Shown here in pieces: positions 12,201-26,783 of a DNA stretch of 64,000 nt (position 1 is the stretch's first letter; each line of letters opens with the position of its first letter). A program made the position numbers and the translations under genes. Source of the stretch: Octopus bimaculoides (taxonomy: Eukaryota); NCBI RefSeq assembly GCF_001194135.2, contig NC_068981.1:93197160-93261159 (forward strand), read 5' to 3'. The notes under the pieces were generated by a model. The model made no database searches and had not been told where the DNA came from. It saw nothing but the letters and a program-made list of their open reading frames with translations.

Positions 12201-13426
12201 CAGTGATTGGACAAAATAATGGAAACACCTAGCATCATAGCATCATAATTTTGAAATATGTATAAAACCGTCAAAAGCTTGTTTATTTTTGTGTTTTTTT
12301 TTAATTATTAGTGTTGCTTAATACTTTTTGCTAAAATTGCTGTTTCTTTTCAGATATCACCAGAAAAAGGTAATGAAAATTCATTAAAATGACAGATCTA
12401 TCAGATTTTCAAAGAAACCAAGTGTTGGTGCTCGTATGGCAGGCGCTAGCGTAACGAAAACAGCCGAAGTGTTTGGTGTATCAAGAGTACTGTTTCGAAA
12501 AGTAGTGACAGCCTTTGAGAAAGAAGGAAAAACCTCTTCGTCGAAACAAAACTCCGGAGGAAAACCCAAACTTTCAGATAAGGATCATCGGACTCCTACG
12601 CGAATTGTTAGAAACGATCAAAAAATTACAGCAGAGCTTAATGACCACCTCCACAAAAACAGTTCAGCGGGAGCTGCACAAATCCAGATTTCACGGGAGG
12701 GCTGCAATCAAAATACCACTACTTTCAAAAACAAACGTTGGAATGCGTTTAGAGCGGAATAAAAACCTACAGAATTGGTCCCTAGAGCAGTGGAAGAATG
12801 TTATTTTCTCGGACGAATCAACTTTTACCTTATTTCCAACTACCGGCCGTGTATACGTGTGGAGACAGCCAAAAGAAGCAGTTGATTCAGACTCCCTTCT
12901 TCCAACTGTTAAGCATGGAGGAGGACCTGTGATGGTCTTGCGGGTTATATCTTGGAAATCCGCCGACCCAATGCTTTCCCTTCATGGCAGAATTAATAGT
13001 CAAGACTATCTAAGTATTTTATCTGATTAAATTCATCCTACGGTAGCGGAACTGTTTCCGGAGGATGATAATGTACCAATTTACACAGCTAAAGTTTTTA
13101 CTGAATGGAATGGTACGAGAAACATTCTAGTGAAGTTGAAGATCTTATGTGGCCACCACAGTGCACAGATCTCAATATTATCGAACATTTATGGTGCAGT
13201 TTAGAAAAACAAGTAAAGAATCAATATCTTCCACCATCATTACTACAAAAACTGGAGACTGTTTTAGCTGAAGAATGGACAAAAATTCCTCTGGAGCAAT
13301 TTAAATTTTGTACGAGTCCATAACTCGTAGAATTCAAGATGTAATTAATCAAAGGCAGTCCTACCCCATATTAAAATAAATTTGTTTGGAATTTTAAGCT
13401 ATTTCCACTATTTTGTCCAACCCCTG
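12201..13426 (+). mobile_element. Tc1/mariner DNA transposon with both TIRs and a TA target duplication
   Basis: Left end TA|CAGTGATTGGACAAAATAATGGAAA. Right end TTTCCACTATTTTGTCCAACCCCTG|TA, whose reverse complement is CAGGGGTTGGACAAAATAGTGGAAA. Length 1226 bp. Confidence 0.95.
12389..13374 (+). pseudogene. Tc1-type DDE transposase, frameshifted
   Basis: MTDLSDFQR..GARMAGASVTKTAEVFGVSR (HTH), WKNVIFSDESTF, PTVKHGGG, DDN.PI and WPPQCTDLNIIEHLW. Confidence 0.93.
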
Positions 13427-16400
13427 TATACGTATATCTTCTTCCATTCGAGTTTTTACCTCTCCTGGTGTAAGGGCACCACACGGACAAACCTGACAGA
13501 TCGTAGGGACAAAGAGAAAACATTATATTTTAATGCAAAACGTAGATATTTCAGTATATAACAAAAATAGTTAAATAACTTCTGATATTCTTTAGTAACG
13601 ATGTACATAATATACAGAACCTGCACTTTTATACACATTGAAGGACGGAGCAATCATTGATTCTAGGGTTAAAAATGCATCAAGCCATAGATTCTATCTA
13701 TTTCTACTATTTTCTAATGTATGTTATATTAATTATTTAATTAATTCTAGTACGCTACACATTCAACATTCCCCGTGATGGTTTTAACATTGATGACTGA
13801 ACTAAATTAAAGAACAAAATAAATCACAAACTACTCCAACTCAGCCAGTAAAATTAAGAATAAATAAGAAAACACAGATTTATTTTCGTAACATTTAGCT
13901 AGGCTTTAAGCATCATTCTAGAAAGCCATAAGGGTTACGATGTAGGTTAAATGAAAACAACTTCTTCCAATGCAGAAAATCTGTAATTAATTGAAAGCAA
14001 CATGGAAACGCAATTATATAATATTAAGGATTTTTATTTTGCATATACGCTTCATTTATATTTTGTTTCACGTGTTGATTTTTACATTGTTGCCAACTAC
14101 CATTTATCAATGCAATATTGACCTAAATTGTTGTATTTTTATTGTTGTGTTTGCTTCTTTCTAGCTACATTTTCTAATAAGACATATGCTAGATGTTATC
14201 GAACAAAAAAACATTCGTGAGAATTGTGGTTTCATAATAATATAACAAAGAAAAAACTTAGATGTCATCATTTGCAGGTTGATTCTGCATCTATCAGGCA
14301 TGGGCTTGTAGTTTTTATGTGTTTTAATTTGATCAAAATTTTGTTATGAATATATTGCAAATGAAATTAATCCATTGAGTGGAATGTGCCAAATGCACTT
14401 TCATTTGATGAAAATGATACACGTATATTAATTTGTAACATATCGTTGATTGGTACGCACATGCATACACGTTTGTATATAGGCGTGTGTACGTGAATCA
14501 ATGTGTGTGTATGTGCGTGTGTATGTATGAGTGGTGTGTGTGTGTGTGTGTGTGTGCTTGTGTGTGTGGGGGTGTTTGCATGTTTAAGATCACAATCACA
14601 TGTCTGTTCAGTACGAGCTTACCAATGAACTAGAATGAACTGATATGAAAGTGAAAAAATGAGACGCGCAGACACCCACACATAAATTTAAATACACAAT
14701 ATATGTGTGTAAACATATTTACATAAGTGTGATATCCACCTGTGCATCGTACTTAACGCATGTATACAACTGTCCATAGACCAGTTAGTGCATCATTTGT
14801 TTGGAGATAACATCCGTTACGGATGTTCTGTGTTATAAACACAATACGCTACAGCGACTGACCAGAACATCAGATAAATTTCGGCCTTTTAGAATCGTTT
14901 AAATGGCGACTCCTCGATGTGAACTACCTGATCGTGCGAGAATTCATTGTGTCAGATATAGGATAACTTGAATGAAACATTCACTGCCAACCGAAATAAA
15001 TATCGCGTATTGGAAATTGAAGGGTATTCAATTGAAGTAGACACTTGCGTTTCATACATAGTGTATACATACTCTCGATAGATCAGCATGTGTCTAGGTG
15101 CGAATACGAGCCATTCAAAAAGTTCCAGAAGGCCAAAATGCATCTGACGTCCTCACTGACATTTGTTGGAAAGAATTTTTCGTCTGACTCTGACAATTAT
15201 TGTATTCCTAATACAGCATGTCACTTATATTAGGACAAAACACAAGGCAATTCGCCTATCAACAGTGCATATACATTAAGTACGATACATAGATGGTTAT
15301 TTTTAATTTAATACTTTCTCAATTGCGTATACTCGATATATAATTCTATATACATAAATAAATATACATGTATTCGTGTATTTATGGTTTACCTAACATC
15401 GAAAACTTCACTTCTTGGCGTCTTTAGTCCCATTGTGTGTGTCAATCTGGGTCTTGGGAATAACGAAGTATTTCACTCTCCAGATCTATGCACAATCACT
15501 TTCTTCCAGAAAAACAAAGAGAAAAAAAAACAGAACAGTAGAAAAGACTAGAATACACCGTAGTACGGGACTGGTATCTGATCGCTATTCAGACGCCAAT
15601 TTTGATGGTAAAGTTATAAGATATGACATTCATACCGGCAAAAATAATGCAACACTCAAAAAAAAAAAAAAAACTCAGGAGATATGGCATCACTTCAAAT
15701 ACAAAACAACCCCAGTGGTTACCAATTTCATTCAAGCTGTGCCAAATGGCTTGAGAAAATGAAGAACAACAGATAAATTTTAATTCACAACATAGACAGA
15801 AAGTAAAAATATTTTATCAACCATGAAATACACAATACTAATTAAATATATTTGTGTGTGTACATACATATATATATATACACATACACACACACACACA
15901 CGCATACACACACACATATATATATACATACACATAGTTATATATGTGTGTGTGTGTGTGTGTGTATGTGTGTGTGTATAACCATATGTATACACAAACA
16001 TACTTGAGTACGTTAGTGAACAGATGCGCTCTAGGGCTAGGGAGTTCAGCACACAATAATACTGTCACGAGTTCAACTTCGAATACCGCGTTCTCTCCTT
16101 CACCAAGACGTTTCCCTTCTCCAGCTGCTCCTGTTTAGTCACCTGAAAATGATTTACAACCGAATGCTATTGCAATTCTTTCTTGTTTTCTCTACCTCCC
16201 TTTCTGTCTCTCTTTCTCTCCCACCCGCTCTCTCTCTTTCTCTCACATATATTCCACATGCTATACTCTAGATGTATCACTTTATCAAACGGTGACAGCG
16301 TCACGCGGGTGTATATGCTTTCTCGCGACTTCATAGACGCGTAAATTTTACGAAGCCATACCCAAGATGAAATGTTTGATTTTGCTTCATTTCTTGCCAC

Positions 16401-17711
16401 TCCCTCCACAGTGAATATTATGGAGCATAATAGCCTCTACTCGAGTATATTGCACGGAACACAAGCTTAAGAGATGCATAATTTCCTTGTTACCAGTCTC
16501 TATACGATACCGGATCTTAATACGGTTTTGTTCCTCATTGACTTTGACAAAGCGGCGCTGAATATCCTCATGATATTTTCACCAAACCTACTACCACTTT
16601 TTTCTGACGCTGTATCAGTTTTAGGAATTCGTGGCAGAGAAAACTTCAGGTGTTACAACTACATCCTTTATACAATGATACAAGCAATCTTTCAAATTCT
16701 GGCTCATAGCTACATTTGGTGAGACAGACTATGAGGACCAGATTATGATCTCAGTAAGAGGAGATCACATGAGAGAGAATATGATAAGCCTTCCTCTTCA
16801 CAGATCCTGACATTTTAAAAGAGAGCATTTGGACCGAAGTTTGACAAAGAGCCATTCGCGTTAAAGATGGAATTCGAGAAATCGGAGTTGCACCAGATAC
16901 TAAATAATAGGCTGAAATCTAACACTGATAAATTTAGAGAACAGTGCAAAATTGATTTCTTGAAATATTTCTTCAAATATCTAAGATCACATCTGTTTCT
17001 AGTACAATATTTTCACTACTATTAATGAATTCTTTCGTTCATTAATAATTTAATTTTCGGGAAAAAAACCTCCGGTCGATAATGATTTTGTTCTTAACGT
17101 AAAAAGCTACATATTTTCATGCTGTCGACGACCTTCAATTTCTATAAAATAAATAATTAAATTAAATGGATCAGGTAACAAATATTCGCGGGTATACGCA
17201 CGTACGCACACACACGCACACACTAAGACACACAAACACATAATACCTTGATAGCTAGCTATCTAGATAGAAAAATAGATGCCTACATACATACATACAT
17301 ACATACATACAGACAGACAGACAGACATGCATATTTATATATAGAAGATACATACACATAAACATTTTAGAGAAAATAATTAATATATTCACATATAATA
17401 TAGATTACGTTATAAGTAAAAGCTTCTAACCTCAATTAATTTTCCAATAAAGATGTTCTTGTAATAATGCAATGGCATTAGCTTTTTATCAATTCTATAG
17501 TTTATCATAAAGCAATTACAAGGAAAAAATACAACTACAAGGAAAAGTAAATTTGAGCCCATATGTCTATGCGAAGAAATGATTCTCTAGTTTCCCTCGA
17601 TAAAATGCATATTCGATCAAAACACCATCGCTCACATATCTATCGATGAATCGACAAGGCAAACAAACATCTGTTGGGCAAATATACAGTAAGATATTTA
17701 TGTGTGTGTAT

Positions 17712-17742
<31 letters not shown>

Positions 17743-18659
17743 NNNNNNNNNNNNNNNNNNNNNNNNNNNNNNNNNNNNNNNNNNNNNNNNNNNNNNNNNN
17801 NNNNNNNNNNNNNNNNNNNNNNNNNNNNNNNNNNNNNNNNNNNNNNNNNNNNNNNNNNNNNNNNNNNNNNNNNNNNNNNNNNNNNNNNNNNNNNNNNNNN
17901 NNNNNNNNNNNNNNNNNNNNNNNNNNNNNNNNNNNNNNNNNNNNNNNNNNNNNNNNNNNNNNNNNNNNNNNNNNNNNNNNNNNNNNNNNNNNNNNNNNNN
18001 NNNNNNNNNNNNNNNNNNNNNNNNNNNNNNNNNNNNNNNNNNNNNNNNNNNNNNNNNNNNNNNNNNNNNNNNNNNNNNNNNNNNNNNNNNNNNNNNNNNN
18101 NNNNNNNNNNNNNNNNNNNNNNNNNNNNNNNNNNNNNNNNNNNNNNNNNNNNNNNNNNNNNNNNNNNNNNNNNNNNNNNNNNNNNNNNNNNNNNNNNNNN
18201 NNNNNNNNNNNNNNNNNNNNNNNNNNNNNNNNNNNNNNNNNNNNNNNNNNNNNNNNNNNNNNNNNNNNNNNNNNNNNNNNNNNNNNNNNNNNNNNNNNNN
18301 NNNNNNNNNNNNNNNNNNNNNNNNNNNNNNNNNNNNNNNNNNNNNNNNNNNNNNNNNNNNNNNNNNNNNNNNNNNNNNNNNNNNNNNNNNNNNNNNNNNN
18401 NNNNNNNNNNNNNNNNNNNNNNNNNNNNNNNNNNNNNNNNNNNNNNNNNNNNNNNNNNNNNNNNNNNNNNNNNNNNNNNNNNNNNNNNNNNNNNNNNNNN
18501 NNNNNNNNNNNNNNNNNNNNNNNNNNNNNNNNNNNNNNNNNNNNNNNNNNNNNNNNNNNNNNNNNNNNNNNNNNNNNNNNNNNNNNNNNNNNNNNNNNNN
18601 NNNNNNNNNNNNNNNNNNNAGATCTAAAGGCGGACGATATGCTGCAAGCGTTTTATTAA

Positions 18660-18865
18660 TTTCAAATTTCGGCACAAGACCAGCTATTTCGGGTCAGGAC
18701 GTACGTCGATAACATCGACCCCAGCAATTAACTGGTACTTATTTTATTGACCCGAAAAGGATTAAAGGAAAAATCGACCTTCGCGGAGTTTGAACTTCGG
18801 AAGTTATGGCGGACGAAATGCCGTTAAGCATATTGCCGGGTGTGGTAATGATTGTTCCGGCTCGC
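18660..18865 (-). mobile_element. Short tRNA-derived SINE (same family as 8749 and 42425)
   Basis: Reverse complement begins GGCGAGCCGGAACAATCATTACCACACCCGGCAATATGCTTAACGGCATTTCGTCCGCC and contains AAGTACCAGTT..GGGGTCGAT. Confidence 0.8.
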
Positions 18866-19064
18866 CAATTTAAATAATGATGTGGCACAGAAAGAATACA
18901 AGGAAAACATGTGACAGCCAAAGGAGAAGAATCCACTGGGAATTATGTAGAAAGCAATAATTTAGACATACTGACAAGCGGTATGAACATGAACTTAGTA
19001 AAGTGTTAGAAAGTAGGAAGTATAAGATGTGGGATTTTAACATTCACGCTGACAGAGTAACAGA

Positions 19065-19782
19065 ATGATGCTGAAGATAAGACAGAAAGAGAAAAAAGAT
19101 GGCTGTGGATGACTAAAAGTGATTTACAACCGGAAACGGAGGCTCTAATCTGTGCTGCCCAAGAGCAAGCACTAAGAACAAACTACATAAAATACACAAT
19201 AGACAACACATCACAAAGTGATAAGTGCAGAATCTGTGGACAAAACGGTCAAGCCATATGGTATGTTACTAGCCAATGTACGCCACTAGCTCAGAAGGAA
19301 TATAAGAGACGCCACGACATTATAGCCAGGCTTGTCCATTGGACACTCTGCAACAAGTATGGACTTGACAGAGCAAAATGTTGGCATGACCACAAACCTG
19401 AAGGCATCGTCGAAAATAGAAATGCAAAGATCCTATGGGATTTTATGATTCAGTGCGACCATGAGATAAATAATAGGAAGCCGGACATAGTCCTAATTGA
19501 GAAAGAACGCAAACTATGCTGGATCATAGATACAGCATGCCCAGCTGACAACAATATATGCGATAAAGAAGAAAAAAAAGTTGAGAGATATGACAGGTTG
19601 GCAATTGGGAAGTTTAGCAGTTGTGGTCGATGAAAAAAGTAGCAGTAGGACCAATAATTGTCGGAGCCCTGGGAACAATGAGCAAAAATATTGAGAAGTG
19701 CGTGGAACAAATAGGGGCTGCAATAAGGGTGGAAAACAGCACTGCTTGGAACCGCTCGAATAGTCCGAAGGGTGCTTGAACG
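19065..19782 (+). mobile_element. 3' fragment of the same R4/Dong family (CCHC plus RLE)
   Basis: ORF 19109-19633 (DLQPETEALICAAQEQALRTNY..CRICG..RKPDIV..IIDTAC) is collinear with and highly similar to 3001-3680. Confidence 0.93.
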
Positions 19783-19897
19783 TAGCAAGAGCGTGACCAG
19801 TCTCGTCAAAAGTAGGGCGAAAAAGAACGATATCTCTTTTCCTGGTCCTAGTCACGTGTTATGGAAGAGGACATCTTGAGAGAGGGAAAGAGCAGGT

Positions 19898-19929
<32 letters not shown>

Positions 19930-20814
19930 GAGACAGAGAGAGAGAACGAAGGAGCAGGGGTAGAAAGAGAGAAGGAAAAGGTACAAGGGAGGCAAGCAAG
20001 GGCGGAAAAAGAGGGCAAGAATGGAGAAAGGGAGAGTAAGTTTAGGCGGTGGAAAGAGATAGGGTAAGAGTGGAGTTAAGAGTGGTACCAGAATATTTAA
20101 AGAATATTTTTTTTACAATAAACAAACGATGTGCATTTTCCAAACTAGCTAGGTATCTCAATGCTAAGCACCTTGTTCAACTGAATTTTGTTTATATTTT
20201 ATATTTCAAATACACACACATATATAATATTGTGTAATAATATAATAACACTCACATATATAATATATATAATATTAAGAAAAAGGGGCGGTCAGAATTT
20301 TGAATAATTCTTTATTGACGCTTTCGTTCGTTTATCGATTTCGTCAAGACAAAATCAAAATGATAAAAACAAAACGATTCCTTGTTTATATATACGAATC
20401 GGATGATTTTTGCTTTCTTTAGAAGAGGAGAAAATGATAGTTTGTGCTTGGGTGGGGGAAGAAAAAAATAGAGGGGGAAAAACAAAAAAAAGCAAAGAGA
20501 GAGGNNNNNNNNNNTTCTGGGTAATTTCCCGTCTTCGGTGTTGGGCAGAGATAGCAGCTTACTCGACCATACTCGCAGTATATAAATATAGAAGTGACAG
20601 ATGGTCACTGATCTCGTATTGAGTAAAGCAGCTAGTTTTAAATATCTGAATGAGATCTAAATAGTAATAATACTACATAGTAAAATTTATTTGCCAACGT
20701 AAGGTGGCAGTCCTGTGTTGGACTATGTTACTAGAATAGGTGTGTGTGTATGTGTGAGTGTGTTTTTTTGTGTGCACGCATGTGAGTATGCGTGTGTGTG
20801 TGTACCTATTCTCA

Positions 20815-21030
20815 TGTCAGAATCCTTGTATTTGTTCCGACCACCGCTTGACAACCGGTGTTCGTTCTATTACATCTTCTTAACGTTTCAGCAAAAATAA
20901 ACACTACAATTAGTGCAAGGTTTCAAATATTAAGTACCTGGAGCGATTTTTTCGACTAAAGCATTCCAGGGCAGTGCTCCAGCATTGACGCAGTCCAGTG
21001 AGAGAAAGAAGTGTAAGATGAAAGATGAAA
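20815..21030 (+). mobile_element. Degenerate 3' half of the 7994-8513 SINE family
   Basis: ccaccgcttgacaaccggtgtt..ttttttcgactaaa..gtgctccagc match the body of the 7994 copy. Confidence 0.65.
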
Positions 21031-21469
21031 AATTATAGGGAAAAAAATGCTGATATCAATTTTAATTGTACAACGAAATATTATAAGCCAAAACCAAAAT
21101 TCATGATTTTCTGAGAAGGATTCTCAATTGTCCTTAATTTATTACAATCGATACTGTCAACTACCGTTTAATACGACATCACAAAGGAGCAGAGAGTTTT
21201 CTAGTCACAGGTGGTATTTATTGACATACACGATCATATGTCTTCTCTGACAACGTTATTAGCGTGACTCATTTTAACAGATTTGAAAGAAAGAAATGAA
21301 ACCTAAGTGAAGTAAACTTCATCCAATTACGTACCTGATGTGTTTTATGTCATTTCATAGTGTGATTTACTATTTCATCTTCCTTATGTTGTCTAATTAT
21401 CTTTAACTGAATTTTCTTTCCGCCGCTATATCTTGTTGTCACACTCGCACATGCATACATGTTTATATC

Positions 21470-21529
<60 letters not shown>

Positions 21530-21951
21530 NNNNNNNNNNNNNNNNNNNNNNNNNNNNNNNNNNNNNNNNNNNNNNNNNNNNNNNNNNNNNNNNNNNNNNN
21601 NNNNNNNNNNNNNNNNNNNNNNNNNNNNNNNNNNNNNNNNNNNNNNNNNNNNNNNNNNNNNNNNNNNNNNNNNNNNNNNNNNNNNNNNNNNNNNNNNNNN
21701 NNNNNNNNNNNNNNNNNNNNNNNNNNNNNNNNNNNNNNNNNNNNNNNNNNNNNNNNNNNNNNNNNNNNNNNNNNNNNNNNNNNNNNNNNNNNNNNNNNNN
21801 NNNNNNNNNNNNNNNNNNNNNNNNNNNNNNNNNNNNNNNNNNNNNNNNNNNNNNNNNNNNNNNNNNNNNNNNNNNNNNNNNNNNNNNNNNNNNNNNNNNN
21901 NNNNNNNNNNNNNNNNNNNNNNNNNNNNNNNNNNNNNNNNNNNNNNNNNNN

Positions 21952-21997
<46 letters not shown>

Positions 21998-24497
21998 GCA
22001 TGGCCACAGCCTTAGGGCTGAAACGCATAACAGAATAACGATATATAAATACTGTTTTTATACGTGTGCGGGTGCGTTCGCAATTATATAATATATTTTG
22101 CTGTTAGCGAGATAATTGCCCTCCTGTCATTTGACATGGTTTCTCTCTGGTTACTGAAGGTATATTTTACGAACATGAAGCGTCAATTAAGCTGACGTGG
22201 CACATCCAATTTAACTTTGTTCCAAAGAAGAGCAGCATTCAGTAATTCGTTTAAGGTGTTATGAAGATAAATGAAGGATTCGAAATCCATACAAGGTCTT
22301 CAACAAAAATATTGAATCATAGCTATGTCATTGTGGACTGTACTGCTGCATATGGATAAAGATAAGATATGGTTATATATAAACGATAAAGATAAGATAT
22401 GGTTATATATTTCCACTTTATCTACAAGGATCCAGGCACCCGACAAAGTTCCGCGCCGATGGTAATATTTGACGACAATATAACCTGATTTTATTGAATA
22501 GAAAAAATCACTCAGCAACTGACAAATTTGAATAGCTTGCTGACTTTGAGGTATCCTACCTGGATCCCACGATTTAGTTTCCCATGTGGTGCTTACACAT
22601 GATAGAGAGATAATATGTAATTCGGAACCGTAGCATGTTACAAAAGGAATGCCGTGGTTGTTTGTGCATGAGATCTTATGCATATGTCCCCTACAAACAT
22701 CCTCACACCAACGTCTATGGCGAAGATTTTGGTTTACAAGCCAGATCCTTTCAGTCTGATAGCTAATATATTATGTGTTCTAGTCTTGTAGATGTATGCT
22801 TCCTCCATTGTGCTTACATAACACACAATGTATTCTGCTCGGATCACTTCTTTTTGAGGGAAATAATCTGAGTACAACATCCGCTCTCATACATCTCTGG
22901 AAAATTTGGTCTGCGCTCCCAGTTAACATTTGTTGTGAGCTCCATCTAGTAGACAAGTTGGTGTAGTTGTTCCAGACCACAATTTTTCCCACCTGCTATG
23001 GAGGACACGCTCACACACATACACACACACTCACAAACATATATATATATATATATATTCTTTTATTCTTTAGTCCGTTTAAGCCCTGCGTTTGCAGAGG
23101 AGCTGGAACACCACCGTGATTTTGTAATTCTATATATTATTCCTCTTTGGCTGATTTCTTCAGAGTGGCGAGTGTTCATATCGTGGATTTATTTCCCTTG
23201 GCTGTTAGCCCACTTGGAGGTATGAACGAGTTTGACATAGCAGACCGCATCTATACTTCATGCCGGGGTATCTATTTGTTTTCTGTAAGCTTTCTGTGGC
23301 TACGGAATTCAATTGACTCCTATTTGTTGCAAAGCTGGTACTTTCCAGTACCATAATGTTTTAAAACTTGTCTGTACGGTTCATGGTTTGGTTTGCCACT
23401 AATATTCTTATTTATTAATAATAATAAAATCCTCATATATTTATAAATTAATCACTTAGTTCGTTTCTGAATGTGCCTTGAGACTTCACACGAACACACA
23501 AGCATGGTTGNNNNNNNNNNNNNNNNNNNNNNNNNNNNNNNNNNNNNNNNNNNNNNNNNNNNNNNNNNNNNNNNNNNNNNNNNNNNNNNNNNNNNNNNNN
23601 NNNNNNNNNNNNNNNNNNNNNNNNNNNNNNNNNNNNNNNNNNNNNNNNNNNNNNNNNNNNNNNNNNNNNNNNNNNNNNNNNNNNNNNNNNNNNNNNNNNN
23701 NNNNNNNNNNNNNNNNNNNNNNNNNNNNNNNNNNNNNNNNNNNNNNNNNNNNNNNNNNNNNNNNNNNNNNNNNNNNNNNNNNNNNNNNNNNNNNNNNNNN
23801 NNNNNNNNNNNNNNNNNNNNNNNNNNNNNNNNNNNNNNNNNNNNNNNNNNNNNNNNNNNNNNNNNNNNNNNNNNNNNNNNNNNNNNNNNNNNNNNNNNNN
23901 NNNNNNNNNNNNNNNNNNNNNNNNNNNNNNNNNNNNNNNNNNNNNNNNNNNNNNNNNNNNNNNNNNNNNNNNNNNNNNNNNNNNNNNNNNNNNNNNNNNN
24001 NNNNNNNNNNNNNNNNNNNNNNNNNNNNNNNNNNNNNNNNNNNNNNNNNNNNNNNNNNNNNNNNNNNNNNNNNNNNNNNNNNNNNNNNNNNNNNNNNNNN
24101 NNNNNNNNNNNNNNNNNNNNNNNNNNNNNNNNNNNNNNNNNNNNNNNNNNNNNNNNNNNNNNNNNNNNNNNNNNNNNNNNNNNNNNNNNNNNNNNNNNNN
24201 NNNNNNNNNNNNNNNNNNNTACATATATATATATAATATCTTTATTTGTCTGTGTATGTATGATTACGCGTGTAATATATAAACATATATGCATATATGT
24301 TTATGGGTATGTATTTATTTGCACGGCAAAGATATGCGAGTTGATGAGAAAGAAATCTATATTTTTGGTCACCTAGAATATTTCATGAACGATTGACATC
24401 TTGAAAACATAAACTAGAGAAGCATGCAACACTATATTGCATGCCTCATATACATACATTTATATACATGCCCCCCCCCACACACACACACACTTAC

Positions 24498-24564
<67 letters not shown>

Positions 24565-25106
24565 CAGACAGGCATATATATATATATATACATATATACA
24601 CATAAATATATAAATATATAAATATATATATATTTATATAACATTAAGGTGTCATACACATATATACATACATATATAAAGGCAAGTATGTATCTTTGTA
24701 TCTGTATATATACACATTTCAAAGAATGGAGAATATAGACTAATACGTGCATTTACGTAATGTGTACATGATAACACAAATATACACACATGTGTTTGTT
24801 TGTAAGGGGAAAGGGAGTGCGTGTATGTACGTATGTTTCTGTGGGATGTTTAGAAAGTAAAAGTGTTTATGGCCAATACGAAACTTCAAAAGGGAGATTG
24901 AAGCATAATGAACAGTAACACTGATATATTCCACAAACTGCTACAAAACAACCATATATATATGTTTCGTAGGTGATTACATATTATTTTGCGCATTGAC
25001 GTCAGCAGGCTTTCAAATCACACAATGTCACGTGTGTATATATATGTGTGTTTACGTACATATATATTTATGTATACTCACGCACGCTTGCACACAAGCA
25101 AGTACA

Positions 25107-25181
<75 letters not shown>

Positions 25182-25418
25182 TTATATACACGCATATTGC
25201 ATAAGTAATTTTACTGAAAATGATAGTCAGATTACCACAAATGATATTTGCTATATTTTTTATTATGAGAGATAATTTTTCGAAATAAATTATTGCCCTC
25301 CTTATGTACGTGCATGTGTTTGTGTCTGTTCATTTATACGTGTGTATACATATATGTATATATGAATACACACTGATGCGTGTTCATACTTATATGTATA
25401 CATATATAAACAGCCATA

Positions 25419-25455
<37 letters not shown>

Positions 25456-26619
25456 ACGCACACATATATATACACACATATATACATATATGTACATATA
25501 TACATATTCATATAAATGTATGTATGCGTATACATATATATGTATATGTATGTATATATATATANNNNNNNNNNNNNNNNNNNNNNNNNNNNNNNNNNNN
25601 NNNNNNNNNNNNNNNNNNNNNNNNNNNNNNNNNNNNNNNNNNNNNNNNNNNNNNNNNNNNNNNNNNNNNNNNNNNNNNNNNNNNNNNNNNNNNNNNNNNN
25701 NNNNNNNNNNNNNNNNNNNNNNNNNNNNNNNNNNNNNNNNNNNNNNNNNNNNNNNNNNNNNNNNNNNNNNNNNNNNNNNNNTACCTATAAGTATGAATGT
25801 ATGTATATAAAAAGTCATGATTACTTAGACACATACGTTTTTAAATTTGCACTACTACGTATATGTGTGTTCGAACGCTTTCGTGTTCATATCGCTGAAC
25901 GAAGAATGCAAATTTCTTTTTATAGTGTTATAACCTTGTTTCCAATTATACTGTATTATATATCATTGCACGTATTGTATTCTTTGTACATTACAGTTCA
26001 CAAACTGACATGCAAATTCGAAACATCATACGCATCTACAATTTAATATATTCCTAAAACGAATAAGCGAAAACAATAAATACTGAATAAATTATTCAAA
26101 TACTTGCAAGTTATAATATTTGAAAGTTATAAGATATATAAGCAAGAAATTACGTAGCATTTCTCGCTGCAGAGCTTATATTTGGTTGAATATATCATAG
26201 CGTATATTAACTCAATGAGAGGACATGCTTTGAACGTTTCAATATAAATTTACGACACACGTAATGTGTCTCACTACATCTGTCAATCTTACATACTTAT
26301 TTATATTATTTGCTTCAAAATTTCGCTTTCCAAACATGTCTTTGTTGTGTTTATTCTGTTTTCTTTGTTGCCGTAATTCCTACTGTAAGGGTCTTCGTTA
26401 CTGATGATGATATTAGTACTGCTTCCAATCTTTTAGTATGTGCTGCAATAACTGTTGACGAGATTGCATTCAGTTGTGATATTTGTTGTTGTTTTAGATA
26501 TCGTTTCCTTTCTCTGGGTGGTGATGATGTTGGGGTGTTAATGCTAGCGGATGCCTTCTTTCAGCTTTCATTTTCGTTATTGCTGTAGAAAGAAAACCGT
26601 TATATAGATAGATAGATAA

Positions 26620-26673
<54 letters not shown>

Positions 26674-26722
26674 GCATGCATGCATGTATGAATAGATAGA
26701 TGGATTGATGTGTATATGTATA

Positions 26723-26783
<61 letters not shown>

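Noticed and set aside
16474-16722. MULE transposase fragment (LIDFDKAALN resembles xDFExAxxNA)
   Set aside because: One short motif only, with no supporting flanking motifs or TIRs.
22300-22992. Minus-strand ORFs of 127 and 70 aa as a gene or transposon
   Set aside because: No recognisable motif. Part of the ORF comes from a local 26-bp tandem duplication (about 22355-22410).
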